Assembly (NCBI GenBank): GCA_019057815.1
Contig: JAHLWR010000001.1
Location: forward strand, 192,001 to 256,000
Source of the DNA: Candidatus Heimdallarchaeota archaeon
GTDB lineage: Archaea; Asgardarchaeota; Heimdallarchaeia; Heimdallarchaeales; Heimdallarchaeaceae
Direction of reading: 5' to 3'
DNA: 64,000 nucleotides
Shown: positions 36,827-47,292 of the stretch, in pieces
Position numbering within the stretch: position 1 is the stretch's first letter
How the letters are laid out: every line of letters starts with the position of its first letter
The notes under the pieces: model-generated
Told to the model about the DNA's origin: nothing
Database searches by the model: none
What the model saw: the letters and a program-made list of their open reading frames with translations, nothing else
Program-made: the position numbers and the translations under genes

Positions 36827-38035
36827 ATGAAAATTTCAAATCGTACAGCAAATTTCCAATATGCAATCAGAGATGTTCTTACAGTTGCAGCAGAAGTTGA
36901 AGCGCAAGGTCACAAGTTAATCAAGTTAAATATAGGTGATCCGATAAAATACCATTTTAAGACCCCAAAATTACTTACAGAACCGCTTAAATATGCTGAA
37001 GATGAAAATTATAATTTTTATGCTGATTCTCAAGGTATACTAGAATTTCGAGAAGCAATAGCATCTTATGAAAATCGCAAGCACAAAGTCGGAGTTACTG
37101 CCGATAAAGTAGTAGTGACAGCTGGAGTTTCTGAAGGAATACAAATGACCTTCATGTCTTTCACCAATCCCGGAGATCAAGTATTAATCCCAGGAATTCA
37201 TTACCCAAGCTATTCAGGAAACGCAACAATCTTTGACGTGGATCCTCAATATTACAAAACTGTTGTAAGTGACTGTTTCTATCCTGATTCCGACCATATA
37301 AGATCGTTAATGAATGAGAAAACAAAAATGGTCATTTTAAATACTCCAAACAACCCCACAGGTTCTGTTTATCCAGAAAAAGTAATCAAAGAGATAGTTG
37401 ATATTGTTGGTGAATATGATGCTTGTATAATATCTGATGAAACTTATGATGAATTGTTGTTAGATGAAGGACTGAAACACACTGCAACTGCCACTATTGC
37501 AAAAGATGTCCCTGTAATAACCTACAATGGTTTCAGTAAAGTTTTCTTGGCTCCAGGTTGGCGCCTTGGATATGCTTATCTTCAAGATCCCGACAACAAA
37601 ATCTCAGATCCATGGGATGGTTTGAACAAATTAACTCGATTGCGTTTGTGTGCTTCAACACCTTTACAAAAAGCTGGGACAGAGGCACTTAAAGCAGATC
37701 AAAGTACATATTTGCCGGAAACAATAAAAACTCTCAAAGAACGCAGAGATTTAATGTACAATCGACTGGAAAATATGGAAGGAATCTCCGTCTACAAACC
37801 AGAAGCTGCTTTCTACATATTCCCAGTTCTAGATTTAGAGCAATTTACATGGAAAAGTGATAAAGAATTTGTTTTCGATTTCTTAAGGAAAAAACATGTA
37901 TTAACTGTTTTTGGATCAGGATTTGGGCCTTTTGGAGAAAATGGATTTAGAATGGTGTACTTACCAACACTAGAAAAGATAGAAGAAGCTATGAACAAAC
38001 TTGAAGATTTATTGAATGAAAATAGAATGAAATAG
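36827..38035 (+). CDS. PLP-dependent class I/II aminotransferase (alanine aminotransferase AlaA-like)
   Basis: LNIGDP, NTPNNPTG, SDETYD, GFSKVFLAPGWRLG. Confidence 0.93.
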   Translation: MKISNRTANFQYAIRDVLTVAAEVEAQGHKLIKLNIGDPIKYHFKTPKLLTEPLKYAEDENYNFYADSQGILEFREAIASYENRKHKVGVTADKVVVTAGVSEGIQMTFMSFTNPGDQVLIPGIHYPSYSGNATIFDVDPQYYKTVVSDCFYPDSDHIRSLMNEKTKMVILNTPNNPTGSVYPEKVIKEIVDIVGEYDACIISDETYDELLLDEGLKHTATATIAKDVPVITYNGFSKVFLAPGWRLGYAYLQDPDNKISDPWDGLNKLTRLRLCASTPLQKAGTEALKADQSTYLPETIKTLKERRDLMYNRLENMEGISVYKPEAAFYIFPVLDLEQFTWKSDKEFVFDFLRKKHVLTVFGSGFGPFGENGFRMVYLPTLEKIEEAMNKLEDLLNENRMK

Positions 38036-38060
38036 AAATACTAACAATACCAGCTTCTAT

Positions 38061-39056
38061 TTACTTTTTATTGATAGTTACTTTCTTGTCTTCCAGTTTT
38101 ATTTTTTTAAAGAACAAAGTTGTTTGGGAAATAGACGTAATCGCAATTCCTAGTAAGATGACAAACATATAAAGAACAGTAATGGGTCGAGGAATCTCGC
38201 TTAAAATTACTATTCCTAAAATCGTTGCTCCTACAGGTTCCGCTACTATTACTGTACCAACAAAATAAGCTGGTAATCGTCTAAGAGAATAATTATAAGT
38301 TGCATGTCCGATTAAAGAAGGACCAATAGCCATTAACAGAATGAAAACAAAAGCAATAGCTGTATATTCGAATAAATCATAACCTCTTATTATATTGTAA
38401 AAAAGTAAACTTATCCCAGAAATTAAATTAACCAAACCAAAATATGGCCATAGAGGAGAATCTTGAAGGATTTTCTTACCGATTAGAAAATAGAAGGTTA
38501 CAGTTAACGCTCCAATAAGAGCAAAAAATATTCCCAATACCGGATTAACTTGTGATGTATCATCTGTTGTAGCAAAAGCCAATAATACACCTCCAACAAA
38601 TGCGAAGATAATCCCTATAATACCAAAACAATTAATTTTTTCTTTGAAGATAACAAAACCAAAGATTGCCATAAAAATAGGAACTGTATCTACTAGAGTT
38701 GTTGAAATGGCAACAGAAACATATTCTAATGATAAAAACCATGTCGCGAAATGTATTGCTAATAATATTCCTGAAATTATTATCCAATGTAATCTTTTAA
38801 CTGTGGTAGGTTTAACAATCCAATTTATTTCTCCCCTAGATAGTGCAAATATCAAGGCTATAACCCCAGCAAACAATGTTCTATACATTGCTATTACTTC
38901 AGAGGGCACATTATACCCAAATTCTGATGACTGAAGTACTGAAACAATAGGTGCAGCGAAAGAAACAGATATTATAGCTATGAATAACAAAAGATAAGGA
39001 AATAATCCTTTTTTATTTTCATTGATGCTTTTGTTTTCATTTTGCATAAATCGCAC
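38061..39056 (-). CDS. DMT/EamA family transporter
   Basis: About 10 TM helices; HFATWFLSLEYVSVA and EPVGAT motifs. Confidence 0.9.
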   Translation of the reverse strand: MRFMQNENKSINENKKGLFPYLLLFIAIISVSFAAPIVSVLQSSEFGYNVPSEVIAMYRTLFAGVIALIFALSRGEINWIVKPTTVKRLHWIIISGILLAIHFATWFLSLEYVSVAISTTLVDTVPIFMAIFGFVIFKEKINCFGIIGIIFAFVGGVLLAFATTDDTSQVNPVLGIFFALIGALTVTFYFLIGKKILQDSPLWPYFGLVNLISGISLLFYNIIRGYDLFEYTAIAFVFILLMAIGPSLIGHATYNYSLRRLPAYFVGTVIVAEPVGATILGIVILSEIPRPITVLYMFVILLGIAITSISQTTLFFKKIKLEDKKVTINKK

Positions 39057-39077
39057 CTATTTTGTTGAACACTATAT

Positions 39078-40304
39078 CTAAGCACCAAATTTTTCAACTA
39101 AGTGAAGTTCATTAAGTAGGATACCCATTAGGTTTTTTCCTAAAATTCTTCCCAATCCGCCTTTATAACAAGCTCTTTCACCAAAGCTTTGCACCTCATC
39201 TTTAAGACAATCAGGGGAAGTAATCATAACAGGCACGGGATCAGCAGAATGATCTTTAAAACTACAAGGAGTACTATGGTCACCACAAACTGCTATAACT
39301 AGTTTATCTTTATAATTTTCAGGTAGGAAACGGTATAACTCTTTGTCTACCTTTTCAATAAATTCAGCTTTTCCTTTTGCATCTCCATCATGACCTAAAT
39401 TATCTGTACCCTTTACATGTGTAAAAACAAAACTATAGTTTTTTAGCATCTCATAAGCGGTTTCAAACTTTATTTGAAGGTTAGTATCAACACCACCTGT
39501 TAGTTCAGGTTTTTCAATAATATCCATTCCTAACATTCGCGCAATGCCTTTGTATAATCCACCACCCGCAACACAAGCTGTCTTTAATCCATATTCTTTT
39601 TCAAAATTCGGCAACTTAGGAACCTTTCCTGCACCTCTAATTAATAAATAATTAGCAGGTAACAACCCTTTTTCTTCTCGCTCTTTGTTAATTTCAGATT
39701 GTTGCAAAATATCGTGTGCTTTATTTGAAAAAGCGTTTAAGACTCTAACTGTTTTTTGAGCTTCTGAGCTATTATCCAATGCCTTAAACTCATAAGGTTC
39801 CTTTCCTTCTATCTTAGGATCGTTCCCTTTAACTTTGTCTGATAATCCATCGCCTCTTAAAACCATTGCAGCCCTATGTTCAGTACCATCAGCTACGACA
39901 ACTTTGATGCCCTCAAACTCCATACCTTTTAGTGATTCAATAAGGTCATATGTACGTTCCTTTATCCTTCCAGCTCGTCGATCAATAATAATACCATTTT
40001 CTAGAGTAGCAAAATTAACTCTGAAAGCTACATCGCCTTCTTTAATTTGTAAACCAACACCTGCGGCTTCAAAAGGTCCTCTACCTGTATAGTATTTGAA
40101 AGGGTCCACACCAAAGAGAGCTAAATGAGCTGTATCACTCCCTGGTGTAACTCCAGGCGATATAACATCCATAATACCAGTTAGACCTTGTTTTGCTAGA
40201 ACGTCCAAATTAGGGGTATTAGCATATTCTAAGGGTGTTTTCCCATCAAGTTCTAACGAAGGGCGGTCACCTACACCATCTAGTATGATAAATAATAGTT
40301 TCAT
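39078..40304 (-). CDS. apgM: 2,3-bisphosphoglycerate-independent phosphoglycerate mutase
   Basis: LDGVGDRP, TPLEYANTPNLD, PGSDTAHL, HVKGTDNLGHDG, GDHSTP. Confidence 0.96.
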   Translation of the reverse strand: MKLLFIILDGVGDRPSLELDGKTPLEYANTPNLDVLAKQGLTGIMDVISPGVTPGSDTAHLALFGVDPFKYYTGRGPFEAAGVGLQIKEGDVAFRVNFATLENGIIIDRRAGRIKERTYDLIESLKGMEFEGIKVVVADGTEHRAAMVLRGDGLSDKVKGNDPKIEGKEPYEFKALDNSSEAQKTVRVLNAFSNKAHDILQQSEINKEREEKGLLPANYLLIRGAGKVPKLPNFEKEYGLKTACVAGGGLYKGIARMLGMDIIEKPELTGGVDTNLQIKFETAYEMLKNYSFVFTHVKGTDNLGHDGDAKGKAEFIEKVDKELYRFLPENYKDKLVIAVCGDHSTPCSFKDHSADPVPVMITSPDCLKDEVQSFGERACYKGGLGRILGKNLMGILLNELHLVEKFGA

Positions 40305-40589
40305 ACTTTGTTCTAACTAGATGAACAAATAAGTGTTATTCTCTAAATTACATTTTTTTGAACTGTTCAAAACTAGATTAGAAAACGCCTAGATAAACGC
40401 TTAAAATTTCAAAATCAAGAGTAACAAAGAATTTTTATATGCTTTCTAGGATGAAGATTTGAGGACAATGAAAGGTGACTATGTTCCGACAAATACTTGT
40501 AAGTAACTGTTCTTCACGTGAGAGAAGGAATATCTGCACCAGAAACTCAACACTTTTGATTAATATAATACAAAGAAAGGTGAAATTAG

Positions 40590-42026
40590 ATGTCAGTATT
40601 TTCTAAAAACAAAGAAGAGAATTTTATGGCTTGGTATCTAGATATTGTTCGTCGCGCACAAATCGTTGACACAAGAACAGAAGTTAAAGGTGCGAATGTT
40701 CTTATGGCGAATGGTTATGAGATATGGGATAGGATGAAAAACATCCTTGATGGGAAATTCCGCAAAACAGGACACAAAAACATGTACTTTCCTCTATTAA
40801 TTCCTGAAAAATTCTTAACACTTGAAAGTACGCACTTTGAGGGATTTGTTCCCGAAGTTGGTTGGGTAACAAAAGTTGGCGAAAGAGATTTAGAGGAAAT
40901 CTATGCTTTACGACCAACATCAGAAACAATCATGTATCATATGTACGCCCAATGGATTAGGGCATATACTGATATGCCTCTGAAAGTAAACCAATGGTGT
41001 AATATCATACGCATAGATACAAAAGATACTAAACCTTTACTCCGAGATAGAGAATTTCAATGGACAGAGGCGCATACATGTCATTCATCTGCAGAAGAAG
41101 CAGAAGAGCAAGTTAAGCAATCAATGTGGATATATGGTTCATTCTTCGATGAGTGTTGCTTGCCTTATATAATTGTCAAACGTCCTAAACATGACACTTT
41201 TCCTGGTGCTCTATATAGTGTTGCATATGATTGTCCTCTCCCAGATGGCAAAAGTTTGCAAATTGGTACTACTCACAATCTTGATCAAGGATTTAGTAAA
41301 ATCTTTGAAATTCGTTTCCAAAAAGCTGATGGTAGTCATGATTACGCATATCAAACCTGTTATGGTTTATCTACTAGAGTTATTGCAGCTGTAATAGGTG
41401 TACATGGTGATAGTAGAGGATTGATTATCCCTCCTTTTCTCGCACCAATACAAGTTGTAATTGTTCCTATTTTGTTCAAAGGAAAGGAAGAAAAAGTTGT
41501 AAACGAATGTAAAGAAGTTTTAGGAACTGTAGAAAAAGCAGGATATAGAGTTCTATACGATGATAAAGATAAAACCAGCGGTTGGAAATTCAACGAATAT
41601 GAGCTACTGGGTGTTCCCCTTCGCATTGAAATAGGTCCTAAAGATGTAGAAAAAGAATCAGTGGTCGTCGTTCGCAGAGATACAAAAGAGAAAATATCCG
41701 TAAAAAAAGACAACATAGTAAGAACAATTAATGAATTACTAGAAAAAATAACTGATGAACTAAAGACTAGAGCTAAGAAATTTTTGGAAAGTTCGATTAC
41801 AGATGTATTAACATATGAAGAACTTGAAGCGCAATTAACTCTAGATAAAGCAGGTTATATTCGAACTAACTGGTGTACAGATGTTTCTTGTTCTGACCAT
41901 ATAAAGGAAAAATTCAAGGCAAATATTCTAGGAACAAAATATGGTGAAGAGGAAAAGAGCTTTGGTAATTGTGCTATATGTGGAAATGAAGCTAAAGAAG
42001 TTGTATATATTTCTAAAACCTATTAA
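40590..42026 (+). CDS. proS: Proline--tRNA ligase (archaeal/eukaryotic type)
   Basis: LRPTSET, REFQWTEAHT, QIGTTHNL, anticodon domain and C-terminal Zn module ending KTY. Confidence 0.97.
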   Translation: MSVFSKNKEENFMAWYLDIVRRAQIVDTRTEVKGANVLMANGYEIWDRMKNILDGKFRKTGHKNMYFPLLIPEKFLTLESTHFEGFVPEVGWVTKVGERDLEEIYALRPTSETIMYHMYAQWIRAYTDMPLKVNQWCNIIRIDTKDTKPLLRDREFQWTEAHTCHSSAEEAEEQVKQSMWIYGSFFDECCLPYIIVKRPKHDTFPGALYSVAYDCPLPDGKSLQIGTTHNLDQGFSKIFEIRFQKADGSHDYAYQTCYGLSTRVIAAVIGVHGDSRGLIIPPFLAPIQVVIVPILFKGKEEKVVNECKEVLGTVEKAGYRVLYDDKDKTSGWKFNEYELLGVPLRIEIGPKDVEKESVVVVRRDTKEKISVKKDNIVRTINELLEKITDELKTRAKKFLESSITDVLTYEELEAQLTLDKAGYIRTNWCTDVSCSDHIKEKFKANILGTKYGEEEKSFGNCAICGNEAKEVVYISKTY

Positions 42027-42153
42027 CTTCTTTTTTCAAAAACCTAAAAAAACAAAAACGCCCTTCTTTCTTTTTTAAAAAATCCATTAGTCAAGTTTAT
42101 GCACAAACAAAGGATTTTAATAGAAAAACAATGGATATTATGAAGAAGGAAAA

Positions 42154-42540
42154 ATGTCGATTGATTTAAAACCAGAACAGAAACATCAACTAGTTCGAAT
42201 ACTCAAACAAATTTCTCTTGGTTGCGATTTAGAAGCTTTAGCTGTTGTTAATACGGAAGGATTAAAAATAGCATTTTTTTCCGAAAAAGGTAAGGTTGAC
42301 CCAGATTTAATGTCAGCATTAGCTTCAGCTATGAATAGCACAGGAAAGATGGTAGCTGAACAACTAAAACACGGAGGAATTGAACTAGTGCTAGTTAGAG
42401 GAGAAAAAGGTTTTACCATCCTATCAAATGCAGATAAATATATTCTTATTGGAGCCTCCGTTGATTTAACAAATACTGGTCTAGCATTACAAGTTATGAG
42501 GCGGTATGTACCAGAGGTTATAGAGATTCTTTCAGAATAA
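42154..42540 (+). CDS. Roadblock/LC7 (MglB/LAMTOR-like) domain protein
   Basis: LEALAVVNTEGLKIA...MSALASAM...LKHGGIELVLVRGEKGF...GLAL. Confidence 0.9.
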   Translation: MSIDLKPEQKHQLVRILKQISLGCDLEALAVVNTEGLKIAFFSEKGKVDPDLMSALASAMNSTGKMVAEQLKHGGIELVLVRGEKGFTILSNADKYILIGASVDLTNTGLALQVMRRYVPEVIEILSE

Positions 42541-42597
42541 CTCTATATTCCCTATTATTTTTGTTTTGACCTTAAATGAACAAAGAAAGTTTATTTT

Positions 42598-43596
42598 TTA
42601 CATTTGTAAACTATAAAAGAGTAAGCTTTCGCGAATTTCTTTTTCTGAAAATCCAGCGTTAATTCCAACAATAATACGTATTACATCCATCGTTTCAGCA
42701 AGTTTCAACTCAAAAAAAGCTATAACCACATCAATTTTTAATGTTATTCCATAACGGAATATCTTTTTCCATTTTTTAAGCTGATATCTTTCAACTGTAA
42801 ATTCTAAGTCGTGTAAAGGAACATTATCCCTACCTATATAAGGTGAAAAAATAGTTTTGTATATACCATAATTGTATTTTTCTAAAACTTCTGAAATAGT
42901 ATTACAACTAAGAGCCTTAGCAATGAATTTGTTTGGTAAGATATACCTGTATGCTGGAATACCCAAAGCAATGCAACGACTAAGAGCGAGTATGTTCTTC
43001 AGATTTACATAAGTAGAGTAAGATTTAGAGAGATTTGTTAGAGTATCATAAATATACTGATCAATAGCTGATTCGATCGGAGTAAATCGTCCTGTTGACT
43101 CATATTCCTTGTATCCATCTTTAAGAAGATTTTTAAGATTTGTCTCATTTTGTTCATCTATAATTTCACCGATGGTGAGAGGAAGTAGTTTTTCGTAGTA
43201 ATCTAAGGAATATTCAGCAACTGGAATAATCCTAGAGATTATTTCTTTATAAGACATTCCCATAAACTTTCCGTGTAAAATATAACGAAGGTTCTCAGCA
43301 TTATATCTTTCAAAGAATATACCTATTTTTTTCTTTGCAGATAACGAAGTTTGTCTGTAAAATAACATTATAAGATCTGAAAAAGTTTTCTTAAAGCGAC
43401 GATCTACTTCGGGCATTTGCGTTTCTAAGTTTAAATCTTTAATAACTTCATCATACATTGTTTGTGTGAAAGCTGCTCGAAGTTCTTTTAGGTTAGAAGA
43501 CGCTAATAGCAAACTCAATTGAGATTTTGTTAACACATTACCTATAATTCCGTGAGCCCTGCCTATTAAATAACTGATATCGCCTAAAGAAAACAT
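42598..43596 (-). CDS. atpC: A/V-type ATPase subunit C (V0 d-like)
   Basis: YLIGRAHG, YNAENLRYILHG, IESAIDQY, ETMDVIRIIVG; directly downstream of subunit I. Confidence 0.8.
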   Translation of the reverse strand: MFSLGDISYLIGRAHGIIGNVLTKSQLSLLLASSNLKELRAAFTQTMYDEVIKDLNLETQMPEVDRRFKKTFSDLIMLFYRQTSLSAKKKIGIFFERYNAENLRYILHGKFMGMSYKEIISRIIPVAEYSLDYYEKLLPLTIGEIIDEQNETNLKNLLKDGYKEYESTGRFTPIESAIDQYIYDTLTNLSKSYSTYVNLKNILALSRCIALGIPAYRYILPNKFIAKALSCNTISEVLEKYNYGIYKTIFSPYIGRDNVPLHDLEFTVERYQLKKWKKIFRYGITLKIDVVIAFFELKLAETMDVIRIIVGINAGFSEKEIRESLLFYSLQM

Positions 43597-43598
43597 TT

Positions 43599-46500
43599 CT
43601 ACAACCCTTTAGATGAAACGAAGTGAATAAAGTTCGTTTTTTCAGTGATAGGTTTATATTTTAAACCATCTCCAACGTAGAATTTGCTGAAGAATTCAAC
43701 CCATGTAAGTCTCAGAGCATTTAAGAAACTTAAGAGACCTTCAAGTGGTACAATAATCATCGACATCAATAAAACTGTTACCCACCATAAAACACTTAGT
43801 GGCTCTAATCCATCTATTAATCGTAAGGGTAGACCACTTAGAATTGCATGAACGAGTAATAAAGCCATTAATCGACTGAATGAAAGCGTGTTTGAAATTA
43901 ATGCGATTATGTGGTCTATACCATCGAGAATTCCATCTGTTTTTGCATGAAAATATTCAGATATGAACATAACAGGTAGCATGACAGCCATTATTATAAT
44001 AATAATGGTCATTACATTTGGGGGAATTTTGTGAACCCAAATACCTAGAGAATGAACTTCTAAACCTTCACCTACCATCATATTGTATAGTACACTGAAT
44101 ATACCAACATAGACTAAGGATAGGGAAGCGGGAGCAATTTTAGACGCGATACCATGACCAAATTTCATATTTTGAACAAATTTTAACAAAATTCCCAACT
44201 GAATTATTACAAAACCGACAACAATTGCGAATGTCAATAATAATTGAGTTTCGTGCATAGGGCTGATGAGAGGTATCCAATCCATCCCAATACCGTGGAA
44301 GAATTTTGGTATCAGCTCTTCATCACCAAAAAACGAACCAAAAAGCACACCCATGAAAGCTGAAGTTAAACCACAAATAATGAGCAATTCTGCTCCAGAA
44401 TAGAGATAGCCTAACATGGATTCATCAGGTTCGATTTTGTTTTTCTTTTTCTTATATAAGAGGAAACCACCGATTAAAGCTAGCATTAAACCATGACCCA
44501 AATCTGCGAACATCAATCCAAAGAGCAATGGAAAAGTATACTTGACTATTGAATAAGGGTCAACCTCGTTCAGATTTGGTTCTCCTATTCCTCCAACTAA
44601 ATCACGAATAACTCCCATAAACTTTCCTTGTTTTGTTATGGAAGGACTTATAAGAGGAACTTTTTCAGTGAAGGTAATCTTCATTTCAAATTTTGCCTCT
44701 TCATTAGCTTTTAAAATCTGGTCAATTTTATCTGCTGGAATCCATCCCCAGAGCGTAATTTCATCTTCCATAGTTTGGCAAGTTTCTTCTGTTCGGATTC
44801 TCTCAAGTTCTACCTCTATAATTTCGTTTACTGTAGCTAGTCTCTCGGATATAGAAGAGCATATTTCTTCAAGAGATTCATTAAGTTTTTCTTTTTCTGT
44901 GTTCAATTTTGCGATAGTTTCCTCAAGAGATTCATCAAGTTTCATTATTTCTGTATCAAATTCAATTTCCTGGAAAGAATACTCGCCCAACACCCTCAAA
45001 ACTGCAGGTTCATATTCCTTTAAAGATAAAACAAGAAGACGTTTCTCATTTCCTTTGGAATACTTTTGTTCTGAGAACCGAAACAAAATATTTCCATCAG
45101 TTACTTCCTTCAGGAAAAATTTTACTGCTTTGAACTGGCTTTTTGGTACTGTTCCTATTTTTGTTATTGTTTGAAAACCTTCTTCAAAAAGATCAATTTC
45201 TAAATCTTCTTTGTGAAATTGCGTTTCAAAAGTAAGAGAAAGATTCATTTGGTCTATTTTTTTCTGAATTTGGTTTCGTTCACTTGTAATAGATAAAATC
45301 TTTTCCTCGTTTTCCTGAAGGAAATTTTCAATGAAAGCTTTTGAGTGAATATATTGATCTACTAGTTTATATTTATTGGAAATTAGTGCTTCAGGAGTCT
45401 CAAATTGAGTTACATCTATAATTTTCTTTATCCTTGCTAGATATTGAGTAAGTTCCATCCTTTTCGAGTTGAGTTTTTCAATTCTCTCTTGATTTTGAGA
45501 ACCTATTTTAATTGGATGAACAGTATTTAATGATAAAAGAAGAGAAATGAACTGTCTTGAATATTCCTCAGAAGCTTCAAATTTCACAAATGAAGATTTT
45601 TTGGGGAACAATAATCCACCTTTTGCATGTAATCCTCTGTGAGATAAGGGAGTAATGCGTTTCACTCCAAGCTCAAGTTTTTTAGGAGTAATAATAGTTA
45701 ATTCGTCTCTTTCTTCACTTTTACTTTTTTTGTAATCAAAAGGAACCTCTGAGAGTTCATTCACATTAACTTCAAATGATAATAGTTTTAACTCCTCAAT
45801 AAAATCATTAAGCTGTTTCTTTCTTATCCATCCCCAGAGTGTAAGAGTTTTTTCGGAAGTTCTACCTTTTTCCTCCATTATTAAAAGATCATGAGCTACA
45901 TAAATAAGAGAAATTTTGTATAAGATTTTATCTTTTGATTTAGAGGTAATATTATCTAGTTCATTTTTTGCTTGCTCAAGATCTGTACCAACCCTACTAT
46001 AGAGCTTGTTGATACTCGCTGTTTTTGTAATTTTATCAATAGAATCAAAATCAGATAGATCTAATTTGGTAGTATCAAAATGATTCTCTTGAAGAACATC
46101 TTCTATCTGAGATTTGTAATCATTAAGAGAGACGCAAATAATAGCACGTCTTTCTGGATTATTTGTAGTTGTGCTCCAGAAAAAGAAATTATCTGCAGAT
46201 ATTTCTTTTATGTAGAAACGGATTAACTCTTCGTAAGAAGTGGGTATTTCACCAAGAAGTGTAAAAGTTCTAGAACCCGAAGATAACATATCAAGAGATA
46301 ACTCATTTTCTTCAACTTCTCCTTTAAATTTTGCTAATGCAGAAAGAATTCGTTCGTCCTTTAATAATTCTTGATATTTATCATATAATGAATTTATTTG
46401 ACTCTCCTTATTTTCTACAAGCGCTTTAATCTCAGAATCTAATTTGTTCAGATTGAAAAGAGTACTGTAATCTTCCTTTTCTAAAGTTGGAAGAGATGAA

Positions 46501-46745
46501 AAATCAAACCCCATTTTAAAACTCATTAGTCCTAATCGGTTATAACTCTCTTCGAGAGAGTCTTTTAATTGTTGTATCCTAGCCTGTTGTTTGGGAGATT
46601 GGGGGTCAACAATTTGTTGATTGAAAGATTCATTTCCATGAAGTTCTATTAATAGAGGAAGCGTATCATCTACTTTAGTCTGTACTTTAACAAGTATTTG
46701 AGGAGATGTAATAAGATTTTTAATCTTGTTCAAGCCTAGAACCAT
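43599..46745 (-). CDS. atpI: A/V-type ATPase subunit I (V0 a-like) with tandemly duplicated cytoplasmic domain
   Basis: EVDP...FPLLFGLMFADLGHG, ISNTLSFSRLMAL (essential Arg), LRLTWVEFFSKFY; TLWGWI occurs twice. Confidence 0.92.
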   Translation of the reverse strand: MVLGLNKIKNLITSPQILVKVQTKVDDTLPLLIELHGNESFNQQIVDPQSPKQQARIQQLKDSLEESYNRLGLMSFKMGFDFSSLPTLEKEDYSTLFNLNKLDSEIKALVENKESQINSLYDKYQELLKDERILSALAKFKGEVEENELSLDMLSSGSRTFTLLGEIPTSYEELIRFYIKEISADNFFFWSTTTNNPERRAIICVSLNDYKSQIEDVLQENHFDTTKLDLSDFDSIDKITKTASINKLYSRVGTDLEQAKNELDNITSKSKDKILYKISLIYVAHDLLIMEEKGRTSEKTLTLWGWIRKKQLNDFIEELKLLSFEVNVNELSEVPFDYKKSKSEERDELTIITPKKLELGVKRITPLSHRGLHAKGGLLFPKKSSFVKFEASEEYSRQFISLLLSLNTVHPIKIGSQNQERIEKLNSKRMELTQYLARIKKIIDVTQFETPEALISNKYKLVDQYIHSKAFIENFLQENEEKILSITSERNQIQKKIDQMNLSLTFETQFHKEDLEIDLFEEGFQTITKIGTVPKSQFKAVKFFLKEVTDGNILFRFSEQKYSKGNEKRLLVLSLKEYEPAVLRVLGEYSFQEIEFDTEIMKLDESLEETIAKLNTEKEKLNESLEEICSSISERLATVNEIIEVELERIRTEETCQTMEDEITLWGWIPADKIDQILKANEEAKFEMKITFTEKVPLISPSITKQGKFMGVIRDLVGGIGEPNLNEVDPYSIVKYTFPLLFGLMFADLGHGLMLALIGGFLLYKKKKNKIEPDESMLGYLYSGAELLIICGLTSAFMGVLFGSFFGDEELIPKFFHGIGMDWIPLISPMHETQLLLTFAIVVGFVIIQLGILLKFVQNMKFGHGIASKIAPASLSLVYVGIFSVLYNMMVGEGLEVHSLGIWVHKIPPNVMTIIIIIMAVMLPVMFISEYFHAKTDGILDGIDHIIALISNTLSFSRLMALLLVHAILSGLPLRLIDGLEPLSVLWWVTVLLMSMIIVPLEGLLSFLNALRLTWVEFFSKFYVGDGLKYKPITEKTNFIHFVSSKGL

Positions 46746-47292
46746 ATATGTTTCACCAGAGTGAAAATTATGTTAGATTACGAGAATTTAAGATTATTTT
46801 AAAGTCTTCCTCTCCGACAGAGATTAGGGTATAAAGTATCATAATAATGTTATTTCTCCAAGCATTTTTTCTTATTTTCTCAGGCATTTTTCCAATTGCA
46901 TTAACGTAAAGAAACTCTAGACATACTAGATTTATTTTTCAAAACATACTGATAGTGTCCTCTTTATACAAAATGCTAGTTTTCTTTAACAATAGGAAAA
47001 GATTCGACTAAATTGTTGAATCGTTTTAGAAGAGCAAAAAGAGTCGATGCCTTTTAATAGAATCTTGAAGGAATGAATAACATAATAACGATACCTAAAA
47101 CTAGGTCTAGAAATAACACAAAGTATAAAAACATCGAAGAGAGAGTGAATAAGCGCTCAAGTGAGCATAAGACTATAGGGAGATAGTAACAAAGACTATC
47201 AAAAACATTAAATACTAAATTAATAGTAACTGATTCATATAATCCTTATAGCTAAAGTTAAGCTCAAAATATAGCATAAAAGGTGAAATATA

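Noticed and set aside
40445-40545. Slightly GC-richer leader before proS, considered as a T-box, tRNA or sRNA
   Set aside because: No cloverleaf, T-box consensus or convincing stem
44638-45174. 178-aa ORF antisense to atpI
   Set aside because: Shadow ORF with Ser/Phe-biased composition
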